Positions 39,073 to 48,222 of a stretch of DNA of 64,000 nt are shown here, piece by piece. Numbering within the stretch: the first letter of the stretch is position 1; each line of letters begins with the position of its first letter. A program made the translations under genes and the position numbers. The notes beneath the pieces were generated by a model. The model did no database searches, had not been told where the DNA came from, and saw nothing but the letters and a program-made list of their open reading frames with translations. The DNA is taken from assembly GCA_028711995.1 (NCBI GenBank), contig JAQTRE010000002.1, positions 1,704 to 65,703 on the forward strand, written 5' to 3'. The stretch is from Dehalococcoidia bacterium (lineage in GTDB: Bacteria > Chloroflexota > Dehalococcoidia > SZUA-161 > SpSt-899).

Positions 39073-39939
39073 ATGGCCGATGAAGTACTTTCGCAAGCTC
39101 AAATAGATGCCCTGATATCAAGAAGTGCCTCCCAGAAGGGGGCCGACATGTCTCCTGAGATAGAGGCTCTGCTGACGAAGGGCAGTGAAGCTCCCAGTGA
39201 AGGACTGTTTGCCAAAAGGATAGCCGGAAAGCTGGCCCAAAGTGAAGGCTCTAGCGCGGGTGTTCCTGAAAAGGGCCCAGCCGTTGCGGCACCCCCCGCA
39301 CCGAACACGTCCCCTGATAAAGGCGCTTCAAGTCAGCACGGCACGGCATCGGCTGCAAAGCCCGGTCCAAATGTGGCTCCAAATGCTGCATCGTCTAGCC
39401 CCTCGGGTGAAGTAGCGGCGACGAAAGCAGCGCCAAGGCAGATTGAACCGATGGGATCACCTAGGGCAAAAGGCCCTGGCAATGTTGGATCGGGGCAGGT
39501 GATGGCGAATTCAGATACGGAGAAGGCCATAAAGGCTTTGCAATCAGCAACAGATGCTCTGGCAAGGCGTATGGAGAAAGTTGAGTCCATCGCCGCGCGA
39601 GTGAGTCCTCTGGAAAGCGCTGTGGCCAATGGTGCTCAGCAGCCATCGCAACGGCCCGGACAAGACTCGGCAAAGGTTCGGCAAATGGAGATGGAAATAA
39701 AGAGCCTCAGATCGGAAATCCAAAAGATCACGGCGAGTATGCAGAACATCATGAATGTAACCAGGCAAAAGGAGAGCCAGATGAAGACCATCAACAAGGG
39801 GCTTCACAACAGTTTTGGTTACAATATTCGTGAAACTTTTGAATGCGAACATTGCGGTTCTCAGGGGCATGTTGTGGGACTGGTCAAATGCAGCCGGTGT
39901 GATGAAGAGAGTTGGTGGGGATGGTGGCCTCAGGAGTGA
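39073..39939 (+). CDS. Hypothetical protein (288 aa): N-terminal FliM-like CheY-P-binding peptide, Ala/Pro/Ser-rich disordered linker, coiled coil, C-terminal CxxC-x13-CxxC zinc ribbon
   Basis: The N-terminus MADEVLSQAQIDALISR matches the LSQxxIDALL CheY-docking motif of FliM/FliY N-termini. Residues 40-150 are of low complexity. Heptad-like segments are visible (…KSLRSEIQKITASMQNIM…). The C-terminus reads CEHCGSQGHVVGLVKCSRCDEESWWGWW. Confidence 0.55.
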   Translation: MADEVLSQAQIDALISRSASQKGADMSPEIEALLTKGSEAPSEGLFAKRIAGKLAQSEGSSAGVPEKGPAVAAPPAPNTSPDKGASSQHGTASAAKPGPNVAPNAASSSPSGEVAATKAAPRQIEPMGSPRAKGPGNVGSGQVMANSDTEKAIKALQSATDALARRMEKVESIAARVSPLESAVANGAQQPSQRPGQDSAKVRQMEMEIKSLRSEIQKITASMQNIMNVTRQKESQMKTINKGLHNSFGYNIRETFECEHCGSQGHVVGLVKCSRCDEESWWGWWPQE

Positions 39940-40453
39940 TATTTTCTATCGATCGATCTGCTGCTCTTGTTCACTAGATGAGGCGGTAAATCAAGACTTA
40001 TCTCTACAGAAACACAGAAACAATCGCTTGTTTCGGATGTGTCTTTCAATCGGGTCGCCATGAGGGTAGACTCCAATTGGTCGACGGACCGCGTGACTTT
40101 CCCACCGAGAGTTATCAGCGCCAGCCCACTTGAGTTATCCGCTCTCCGGGAAACCACTCGCAAGAACTGCATTCTGCCCATCTTATCCTTCGACGCATGG
40201 TTTCCAATCGCTGCCTCGTCAACCCCCTGTTTCTACCCCTCACAGGCATGGCAAGTATGAAATTGAGACATGGTAGAACCCCTTCCTGAGGCGAGTTTGA
40301 TCTCCCCGTTGTCAGAAATCGGTTCATATGTTAAACTAGACGGCGGTGAATAGCGCGGTAGCTGAATGATGCTGGTATCGAAACAGCCCAATCGCGTGAG
40401 TATCGCTATCAGACGCTTGGTGCGTCGCGAATGAAGGAGGGTATAATTTAGAT

Positions 40454-42439
40454 ATGGCAGAGCCGAAAAAAGCAGAAGAAAAAGCGATCACTTCGATGAT
40501 GGATGAAAGAAGAGTATTTCCTCCTCCGAAGAAGCTCGCCGAAACGGCATATATCAAGAGCATGGATCAGTACAAAGAAATCTACAAGAGATCCATCGAT
40601 GATCCCGAGGGGTTCTGGGGCGAACAGGCTGAGGCCGTAGATTGGTTCAAGAAATGGGACAAGGTTCTCATTGAGGACTTCAAGAACGCCAAGCACGAAT
40701 GGTTTGTCGGCGGGAAGCTCAATGTCTCCTATAACCTGTTGGACAGGCACATTAAAACATGGAGAAAGAATAAGGCAGCAATCATCTTTGAAGGAGACAT
40801 AGGCGATAGCAGAACGCTAACTTATCAAGAGATGCATCACGAGGTATGCAAATTCGCCAATGTCCTCAAAAAGCACGGTATCAAGAAGGGCGATCGCGTC
40901 ACGATTTACTTGCCCATGATTCCCGAGCTGCCCATTGCTATGCTTGCCTGCGCCAGAATTGGCGCTATTCATAGCGTTGTCTTCGGCGGTTTTAGTGCTG
41001 AAGCTCTGCGTGACAGGATTCAGAACTGCGAATCCACCATGCTCATCTGCACAGATGGCTACTTCCGGAGTGGCAAGGTTGTCAAGAGTAAGGATAATGC
41101 CGATGCCGCACTCAAGGAATGTCCCAATGTGAAGGATGTGATCGTATTCAAGAGAGCCAATGCCGATGTTACCCTTAAGAAAGGCCTTGAGTACTGGTGG
41201 CACGAAGAAATGGCTGCCCCCGATATTACACCCGTTTGTGAGCCGGAGTGGATGGATGCCGAGGATCCGTTGTTCATCCTCTATACCAGCGGCAGCACCG
41301 GAAAGCCCAAGGGAGTGCTTCACACCTGCGGCGGATATCTGGTATATGCTCAACTGACTACCAAGTGGATATTCGATATGCATGATGAGGATACCTTCTG
41401 GTGCACAGCCGATATCGGCTGGATCACCGGGCACACCTACATCCTGTATGGCCCGCTAGCTCTGGGTGGATCATCTATCGTTTTCGAGGGCGTTCCTACT
41501 TATCCTGCCGCCGATAGGGTATGGCAGATCATAGAGAAATACAAAGTCAATACCTTCTATACCGCGCCAACCCTCTTGCGCTCGCTCATGAAAGAGGGCG
41601 ATGCCTGGGTCAATAAGCATGACTTAAGCTCTCTTCGCATCCTGGGTTCGGTGGGCGAACCCATCAACCCGGAAGCCTGGATGTGGTACTACAACGTTGT
41701 TGGTAAAGGTAAGTGTCCCATTATGGACACATGGTGGCAGACAGAAACTGGCGGAGCACTTATTACTCCATTGCCAGCAGCCACGCCTCTTAAGCCAGGT
41801 TCAGCCACATTCCCGTTCCCCGGACTGAAGATGAAAGTGGTCCGAGAAGATGGCACTGAGGCCGCCCCGAATGAAGGCGGACAGTTGGTGATTCAGAGAC
41901 CCTGGCCCGGCTTGATGCGCAGGGTATATGGAGAGCCGGAAAGGTTCAAGAAGACTTATTTCGAGGCGTTCCCCGGCAGCTATACCAGCGGAGACGGAGC
42001 CAGAATTGATGACGACGGCTATATCTGGCTGATGGGACGAATCGACGATGTCATTAAAGTATCTGGACATCGCATTGGCACCGCTGAGGTCGAAAGCTCC
42101 CTGGTATCCCATAAGGCAATAGCTGAAGCCGCAGTTGTCCCCTTCCCGCATGCAGTCAAGGGAAGCGCCATCTATGCCTTCGTCACTGTAAAGACTGGAG
42201 TCGAAAAGACCGATGCTCTCAAGAAAGAGCTGGTTGCTCATGTCCGCGCAACCATTGGCCCTATCGCTTCTCCCGATAAGATACAGTTCGCTGATGCTCT
42301 GCCCAAGACGCGAAGCGGCAAGATCATGAGAAGAATACTGACCAAGATCGCCTCCGGCGATGTTGGGAATTTGGGCGATACCAGCACACTGGCTGACCCT
42401 GCTGTGGTTCAGGTACTGGTGGACACCAGGATCCCGTAA
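40454..42439 (+). CDS. acs: Acetyl-CoA synthetase (AMP-forming)
   Basis: 661 aa with the Acs N-terminal domain, the AMP-binding motif YTSGSTGKPKG, …WWQTETG… and the C-terminal …PKTRSGKIMRR…. Confidence 0.9.
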   Translation: MAEPKKAEEKAITSMMDERRVFPPPKKLAETAYIKSMDQYKEIYKRSIDDPEGFWGEQAEAVDWFKKWDKVLIEDFKNAKHEWFVGGKLNVSYNLLDRHIKTWRKNKAAIIFEGDIGDSRTLTYQEMHHEVCKFANVLKKHGIKKGDRVTIYLPMIPELPIAMLACARIGAIHSVVFGGFSAEALRDRIQNCESTMLICTDGYFRSGKVVKSKDNADAALKECPNVKDVIVFKRANADVTLKKGLEYWWHEEMAAPDITPVCEPEWMDAEDPLFILYTSGSTGKPKGVLHTCGGYLVYAQLTTKWIFDMHDEDTFWCTADIGWITGHTYILYGPLALGGSSIVFEGVPTYPAADRVWQIIEKYKVNTFYTAPTLLRSLMKEGDAWVNKHDLSSLRILGSVGEPINPEAWMWYYNVVGKGKCPIMDTWWQTETGGALITPLPAATPLKPGSATFPFPGLKMKVVREDGTEAAPNEGGQLVIQRPWPGLMRRVYGEPERFKKTYFEAFPGSYTSGDGARIDDDGYIWLMGRIDDVIKVSGHRIGTAEVESSLVSHKAIAEAAVVPFPHAVKGSAIYAFVTVKTGVEKTDALKKELVAHVRATIGPIASPDKIQFADALPKTRSGKIMRRILTKIASGDVGNLGDTSTLADPAVVQVLVDTRIP

Positions 42440-42484
42440 GGTAAAAGATACCTTTAACGGAGAAAACGGGCGAGTTAAGCGAAA

Positions 42485-42514
42485 CACCCACGGGAGCAAT
42501 CCCGTGGGTGTTTC
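42485..42514 (+). terminator. Rho-independent terminator after acs
   Basis: acacccacggg-agcaat-cccgtgggtgt hairpin followed by a T-containing tract (tttcag). Confidence 0.5.
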
Positions 42515-42624
42515 AGAGTGAAGGATGAGTTGACCACTGGCCAGTGCCCGTGCTATACTAGCTCGGTTTTTTAGAGCAGACCCAGAGGCAATTCTAAATA
42601 GCGAATCTAGGAGGTTAGACTACA

Positions 42625-43944
42625 ATGGCAGAAGCCACAAAAGACATGGGCCCGGAAAAACTGTTCGGGCTGCCCGTAAAGACGGGTCGTTGGGTATTCG
42701 TCATCGCGGGACTGGCAATTCAGCTGTGCTTGGGCGCGGTCTACGGATGGAGCGTTTTCAAATCAGCCGTTATGAGCCAGTACGATATCAGCACACTGAA
42801 GGGCAATGTTCCGTTCATCCTGTTCCTGGCTTTCTTTGCCGTGTTGATGCCCTTCGGCGGCAAACTGATCACCAAATATGGCCCTCGCAAAATCTGCTTC
42901 ATCGGCGGCATCATTGTCGGCGCAGGTTGGCTGCTGGCGGGTTATACAGATACCAACTTCGCCTTATTGTGTCTCACATACGGAGTAATCGGGGGAATCG
43001 GTGTCGGATTGGCCTACGGAGCGCCCATTGCCACTGCCGCAAAATGGTTCCCTGACAAAAAGGGCCTGGCTGTAGGGCTGACTGTATTGGGCTTCGGCGT
43101 TTCCGCAGCCATTGTTGCGCCGATAGCCAAACGGTTGATTGACTTTCAGAAAGTCGGAGGGGTGGTTGTCAACAACGACGTATCGGACGCGTTCAAAGTC
43201 TTTGGCATCGCGTTCCTCATATTGGTTGCCCTTATTTCCCTCTTCCTCAAATTCCCACCGACCAACTGGAAGCCGGCCGGATGGCAGCCTCCTGCCGCGA
43301 GCGCGGCTACGGCCACATGGAACTTCAGCCCCAAACAAATGCTCAAGAATCGCAGCTTCATCGTTCTCTGGTTGTGCTTCATGATCGGCTCTTCAGCCGG
43401 ACTGATGGCCATCGGCATGTGCACCCAGTTCGGTCGCGATGTTATCGGCATGACAAATGAGACCCTATGGGGCATGGATTATACGTTAGTAACCTTGGTA
43501 TCGGTCTTCGCCATATTCAACGGCGGCGGACGCCCGATCTTCGGCTGGCTCACAGACAGAATCGGGACACGGGGAACGGCCATCATTACCCTGTTCATGA
43601 TCGGAGCTGCAGCCCTTGCCTTGATTCCGGCAGGTATTGGCGATAATGGGATATATCTCGTCAGTTTCTCCGTTCTGTGGTTAGGCCTCGGAGCATGGCT
43701 CGCGATCGCCCCAACGGCAACCACCATTTTCTTCGGCCTCAAGAATTACACCGATAACTATGGAATAGTGTTCATCGCCTATGGTGCGGGTGCGATCATT
43801 GGCAATGTGGTATCCGGCTATGCCGCCGATGATGGAAATTATGATCCGGCACTCTGGGCGACAGCCGGTCTGGCAGCATTAGGAATCATAATTGCTGCCC
43901 TCTGGCTCAAACCGCCTGACAAAGCGCCTGAGGGAGAAGCATGA
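42625..43944 (+). CDS. MFS transporter, oxalate/formate antiporter (OFA)-like family
   Basis: 439 aa with 12 TM helices. The N-terminal region (…GRWVFVIAGLAIQLCLGAVYGWSVF…) is typical of OFA-family MFS proteins. Confidence 0.75.
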   Translation: MAEATKDMGPEKLFGLPVKTGRWVFVIAGLAIQLCLGAVYGWSVFKSAVMSQYDISTLKGNVPFILFLAFFAVLMPFGGKLITKYGPRKICFIGGIIVGAGWLLAGYTDTNFALLCLTYGVIGGIGVGLAYGAPIATAAKWFPDKKGLAVGLTVLGFGVSAAIVAPIAKRLIDFQKVGGVVVNNDVSDAFKVFGIAFLILVALISLFLKFPPTNWKPAGWQPPAASAATATWNFSPKQMLKNRSFIVLWLCFMIGSSAGLMAIGMCTQFGRDVIGMTNETLWGMDYTLVTLVSVFAIFNGGGRPIFGWLTDRIGTRGTAIITLFMIGAAALALIPAGIGDNGIYLVSFSVLWLGLGAWLAIAPTATTIFFGLKNYTDNYGIVFIAYGAGAIIGNVVSGYAADDGNYDPALWATAGLAALGIIIAALWLKPPDKAPEGEA

Positions 43945-44040
43945 CCGGCGGCAGCCCCGGCTCAAAAGAAACAGCTTAGAACAAACAAGGGATCTCGATA
44001 TGGGGGGCGTAAAATCCCCCCATATTTTTATGAAAGCGAG

Positions 44041-44433
44041 GTGGAAATCATGGGACACGGAAAATTCGGCACGGCCATCAATTGCATGGACGGAAGGACG
44101 CAACTGCCCGTCAACAACTGGATGAAACAGCAGTATCACCTGGACTATGTGGATACCATCACCGAACCCGGACCGGACCGGATATTGGCCGACCATGGCA
44201 ACCAAGTGGAGTCAATCAAATCAAGAGTGATGATTTCGGTCAAAGCTCATGGCTCCGAAACCATTGTGATCGTCGCTCATCACGATTGCGCCGGGAATCC
44301 GGTATCAAAGGAAGATCATTGGGCTCATGTGAAGAAGGCTATGGAGGCCGTTCGGTCGTGGAACCTGCCGGTAAAGAAAGTGGCCGGGGTTTGGGTGAAC
44401 GAGAACTGGACCGTGGAGGTCATCGAATCTTAG
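44041..44433 (+). CDS. Small beta-carbonic-anhydrase-like protein (130 aa). Speculative.
   Basis: It contains CMDGR (CxDxR) and HHDCAG (HxxC), the two zinc-ligand motifs of beta-class carbonic anhydrases, but it is shorter than canonical beta-CAs. Confidence 0.4.
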   Translation: MEIMGHGKFGTAINCMDGRTQLPVNNWMKQQYHLDYVDTITEPGPDRILADHGNQVESIKSRVMISVKAHGSETIVIVAHHDCAGNPVSKEDHWAHVKKAMEAVRSWNLPVKKVAGVWVNENWTVEVIES

Positions 44434-44449
44434 GGGGCAGATGACGGCC

Positions 44450-45907
44450 TCATGATCTTTTCGCCGCAGGCAGGCTAAAAATGATCGTGGAACCTTGGCC
44501 CAGCTTACTCTCACCCCATATACGGCCGCCATGTTCCTCCACGATCATTTTGCATATGTTAAGCCCCAGACCGATACCCCCTCTTCGGTGAGCCACACCG
44601 CTTTCCACGCGATAGAAGCGGTCGAATATCTTGTCGACGTGCTCGGGCGAAATACCGACACCCTCATCGGTAACGCTCACTGTGATCTCATCACCGATCT
44701 GTCTCGCATCTAGAATCACTCGACTTCCCCGATCAGAAAACGCCACCGCATTCTCTAACAGATTCCATATGACGTCTCCGATATAGAGTTGATCCACAAC
44801 AATGGGAGGCATGTTTGACTCAATACTCACTTCCAGCCGATGACTGGACGATACTTCCTTCAGACGGCTACTCAGATTAGCCGTAATGCTCGAAATGTGA
44901 GTCTTCCTCTTTTCCATCTTGGTGATTCCGGCTTCCAGCCTGGCCATCTTCTCTAGATTCTCCACCACATGAGTGAGCGTTTCTGACTCACGGCTGATCA
45001 TCCGCAGGAAGTCCTGCCGAGTAGCATCGTCCCACTCGACATCATGCAGAAGCAAGCTGTCCGACAATCCCTTTATGGCCGTGAGCGGGGTGCGCAACTC
45101 ATGCGATACGCTGGCCAGAAGCGCATTGCTAAGCCGATTGATTTCTTCCAGCTCTCGTGCCCGTAATTCAGCCGCTTCTTTACGCTTGATCTCGGTGATA
45201 TCATGCCAGATGCTGAGGCGATACGTTTTCCTTCGAAATCTTACGGGGCTGGATTGCACCAGAACATCCCGTATCTCTCCGCTCTGTGTCCTGTGCCGTG
45301 TCTCAAAGGTGACCGGACCGCCTTTACTGCCTTCCCTGGCATGACGGGCAGTATCCTCGACAGACTCCATAGCCTCAAAATCAGCTAGCTTTTTCCGCTT
45401 GAATTCCTCGCGACTATAGCCAAGGTTCTTATGGGCCTGATCGTTAAAATTAACCAATTCTCCAGTGGCCGTATCAATCAACACGATTGAGTCTACGGCT
45501 TGCTCAAAAATGGCGCGATACCACTTCTCGGAGTCGCGAACCGCCTCTTCAGCTTGCTTGCGCTCGGTGACATCGTGAATGACAGAAAAAAGGAGATGCT
45601 GCTCTCCGATCTCTATAGGGGACGAGTAAACCTCCACCGTGCGGATTTCGCCGCTGTGTATCCGGTGAGGGAAGACAAAATAGTCGCACTCTCCGTTCAA
45701 GGCCCGCTGCCTTTCCGCGGCGACCTGATCGGGTGGCAACTGGTTGATTTCACTGATATTCATGCTGCAGAGGACGTCGCGTGGGTAACCGTAGAATTTG
45801 ACCGCCGCCGAGTTGGCTTCTATGATTCTGCCGCTCTCCGGTTCGATCAGGAGCATGATTGCCTGGTGGCCCTCAAACATTTTCCGAAAACGTCTCTCGC
45901 TCAACAT
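44450..45907 (-). CDS. Sensor histidine kinase with two PAS domains (cytoplasmic, 485 aa)
   Basis: PAS signatures are followed by a HisKA domain (…LLASVSHELRTPLTAIKG…) and the HATPase_c boxes (…DEGVGISPEH…GGIGLGL…). Confidence 0.85.
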   Translation of the reverse strand: MLSERRFRKMFEGHQAIMLLIEPESGRIIEANSAAVKFYGYPRDVLCSMNISEINQLPPDQVAAERQRALNGECDYFVFPHRIHSGEIRTVEVYSSPIEIGEQHLLFSVIHDVTERKQAEEAVRDSEKWYRAIFEQAVDSIVLIDTATGELVNFNDQAHKNLGYSREEFKRKKLADFEAMESVEDTARHAREGSKGGPVTFETRHRTQSGEIRDVLVQSSPVRFRRKTYRLSIWHDITEIKRKEAAELRARELEEINRLSNALLASVSHELRTPLTAIKGLSDSLLLHDVEWDDATRQDFLRMISRESETLTHVVENLEKMARLEAGITKMEKRKTHISSITANLSSRLKEVSSSHRLEVSIESNMPPIVVDQLYIGDVIWNLLENAVAFSDRGSRVILDARQIGDEITVSVTDEGVGISPEHVDKIFDRFYRVESGVAHRRGGIGLGLNICKMIVEEHGGRIWGESKLGQGSTIIFSLPAAKRS

Positions 45908-46139
45908 ACGCGCCTCCTCGAAAGGCTGTGCTCATCTTCTGTTTGTTCAAATTCAGCGATTTCCCCTTCGGACCCGTGTACCCTGTTGGTCGATATGGAA
46001 ATACTATCGGGTTAACGCCAATATCACAAGGGGGAAAGCCCTCAGTTGGTCCGACTGTGCTATACTAGTTTTCAAATCAGAGAGATCGCCGCCGTGTAGA
46101 GTTGGATAGATTCATGGCGACTTTGAATGACAAACGCCA

Positions 46140-46862
46140 ATGTATGAGCCAAGAATATATCGCCATTCGATAAAGGATACTGATTTGGTCTCATTCGCTG
46201 CCGTTATCAAAGAGACCGATCTCCTCATTCGAGCCCGCAGAAACCTGAAGAGAAAAGCCCTGAAAGCAGTGATGAAATGTCGAGCTGCTATCGAGAGATA
46301 TATCGAGCAGCATCCGGCATTCCTCACCACTCTCGAACCTTTTTCAATTCAGGAGGATGCCCCTGCAATCGTGAAAGAGATGGCGCTTGCCGCGGAGACG
46401 GTTTCTGTCGGCCCAATGGCCGCCGTTGCTGGGGCCATCGCCGAACACGTTGGCAAGGAGCTGCTGGCATTTTCACCTGAAGTCATTGTAGAGAACGGGG
46501 GAGATATTTTTCTCAAAATCACCAAAAAGCGACTGGTTGGCATCTATGCCGGTGATTCCCCTCTGAGCGGTAAAGTTGCTATTGAACTGGTTCCGGAGGA
46601 GACGCCCGTTGGAATCTGCACGTCATCGGGAACAGTTGGGCACTCCCTCAGCTTTGGAAAAGCCGATGCTGTTGTTGTGGTGGCTTGCTCTGCTGCCCTC
46701 GCTGATGCGGCAGCAACGGCTATTGGCAACATTGTGAAAGAGAAGACTGATATACCCGGAGCAATCGAGACAGCTCAAGGCATTGAAGGCCTGAAAGGAA
46801 TAGTGATCATCAAGGATGATCAGATGGGAATCTGGGGTGAGATCAGAATTGCCTCACTCTGA
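46140..46862 (+). CDS. UPF0280 / ApbE-like family protein (240 aa)
   Basis: …GPMAAVAGAIAE… and the overall pattern resemble the ApbE/UPF0280 family. This rests on recollection only. Confidence 0.45.
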   Translation: MYEPRIYRHSIKDTDLVSFAAVIKETDLLIRARRNLKRKALKAVMKCRAAIERYIEQHPAFLTTLEPFSIQEDAPAIVKEMALAAETVSVGPMAAVAGAIAEHVGKELLAFSPEVIVENGGDIFLKITKKRLVGIYAGDSPLSGKVAIELVPEETPVGICTSSGTVGHSLSFGKADAVVVVACSAALADAAATAIGNIVKEKTDIPGAIETAQGIEGLKGIVIIKDDQMGIWGEIRIASL

Positions 46863-46871
46863 TTCAGGGAA

Positions 46872-47171
46872 CTACTTCAGCATATATGACAGCACAACCA
46901 GTAAAACGAACATCACTGCCATAATCGATGCAAGCCACTTTATGTCAGAGGTCACGTATGAATAAGAGCCTTGAGCCGCCAATCCGACCGTGGCCTTTTT
47001 GGGTGAAGGGGATACGGCTTTCGCTGGAACAGCGTCGGCCGCCTTTCCACTTTGCGATGCGGTAACAGTGGTTTTTTCGGCTGTGAGCGGTTGCTTAGGA
47101 GCCACGACATTTTTAGCCTTCGCGTTTTTTCGGGGTTGCGCCGGCGCTTTTCTTTGGGATTTCTTCGCCAC
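46872..47171 (-). CDS. Small Lys/Ala-rich tail-anchored hypothetical protein (99 aa)
   Basis: A histone-H1-like basic low-complexity N-terminus and a single C-terminal TM helix (…WLASIMAVMFVLLVVLSYMLK). Confidence 0.35.
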   Translation of the reverse strand: MAKKSQRKAPAQPRKNAKAKNVVAPKQPLTAEKTTVTASQSGKAADAVPAKAVSPSPKKATVGLAAQGSYSYVTSDIKWLASIMAVMFVLLVVLSYMLK

Positions 47172-47287
47172 TGAAATTCTCCTTGCAATAGGCTTTCGGC
47201 TAGTTTAGAGTTTACCGCCCCGGGGTTGTTTTTGCAACTGTCCCATGGTTCTTCATCGGGCAGAACCGGAATGATTCCACTCGCATC

Positions 47288-47917
47288 CTAATTACATAAA
47301 CGCGAGATCAACAATCGTCGAGCTTCGACTGCTGCCTTCCCTCGATGGCTGACCCTGTTCTTCTGCTCATCGCTGATTTCGGCCATGGTTCCGGCGAATT
47401 CCGGCATATAAAATATGGGGTCGTACCCGAACCCTTTTGTCCCCTTCGGCTCAAACCCGATAATTCCGGGGCATTCCCCCTGGCACAATTCGACCTTGCC
47501 ATCCGGAAACGCAATGGCGATGACGCATCTGAATCGGGCCGTTCTCTTCTCCCATGACACTCCGGCAAGTTTGCTCAAAAGAAGCTCGATCCTCTGCTTA
47601 TCTGAGGCCCCCATTCCAGCATAGCGCGCCGACTGCACGCCCGGCTCCCCGTTCAGGCCTTCCACTTCCAATCCGGAATCGTCGGCGATGGTGATCATAC
47701 CAGAAACCTCGGCATAGGCCAAGGCCTTCAGAGTGGCGTTCTGCTCAAAGGTTTTGCCCGTCTCCTCTACATCTATCTCGATACCTTCCAGAGAGGGCGT
47801 GGTAAGCTCCCATGCAGGGTGGGATATCAGAGACACGAATTCTCGAACCTTCCCTTGATTATTGCTGGCGAGTAGAATCTTCAATAATTCATCCTTTGAC
47901 TGTTTCCTTGCTGACAA
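47288..47917 (-). CDS. rdgB: dITP/XTP pyrophosphatase (RdgB/Ham1 family)
   Basis: …LLASNNQGKVREF… … …GFGYDPIF…ISDEQKNRVSHRGKA… are the Ham1 signatures. Confidence 0.85.
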   Translation of the reverse strand: MSARKQSKDELLKILLASNNQGKVREFVSLISHPAWELTTPSLEGIEIDVEETGKTFEQNATLKALAYAEVSGMITIADDSGLEVEGLNGEPGVQSARYAGMGASDKQRIELLLSKLAGVSWEKRTARFRCVIAIAFPDGKVELCQGECPGIIGFEPKGTKGFGYDPIFYMPEFAGTMAEISDEQKNRVSHRGKAAVEARRLLISRLCN

Positions 47918-48162
47918 GAACGCCCTGACCAGATTATGAGACTAACTAATGTTATGTCAACTACGTCGTTATTCTCACCCTTTCACATGCGGCCTCTTTT
48001 AGGGGCTGGTCGCTCGGCGAAAATGAACTACCCCGCCGCAAGCAGCGGGGTATCCGATGTCATGCCAGACTTGATCCGGCATCCAGTTTCTGGATTCTGG
48101 CCTTCGCCGGAATGACGATTCGTCGCAAGCGACGGGGAATTGAACCCCAAGTGATTAAAAAG

Positions 48163-48195
48163 GGGCGACCCCTTGCGGCCGCCCCTTTTGTATGT
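48163..48195. terminator. Strong GC-rich hairpin flanked by A- and T-tracts (bidirectional terminator) downstream of fbp
   Basis: aaaaa-ggggcg-accccttgcggc-cgcccc-ttttg. On the minus strand this directly follows the fbp stop. Confidence 0.5.
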
Positions 48196-48222
48196 TTACA
48201 CTACTTGATTTCCATCCAAGAC

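Noticed and set aside
41801-42499. 232-aa minus-strand ORF overlapping the acs 3' end and terminator
   Set aside because: Antisense to acs. Its only unique portion is the terminator hairpin region.
45500-46109. Plus-strand ORFs of 171, 103 and 69 aa
   Set aside because: Antisense or overlapping the PAS histidine kinase gene. No motifs.
48020-48060. Second hairpin (ccccgc-cgcaagca-gcgggg) in the rdgB-fbp intergenic region as a possible riboswitch or sRNA
   Set aside because: It is too short and has no conserved riboswitch features that I can recognise. More likely part of the terminator/attenuator structure.
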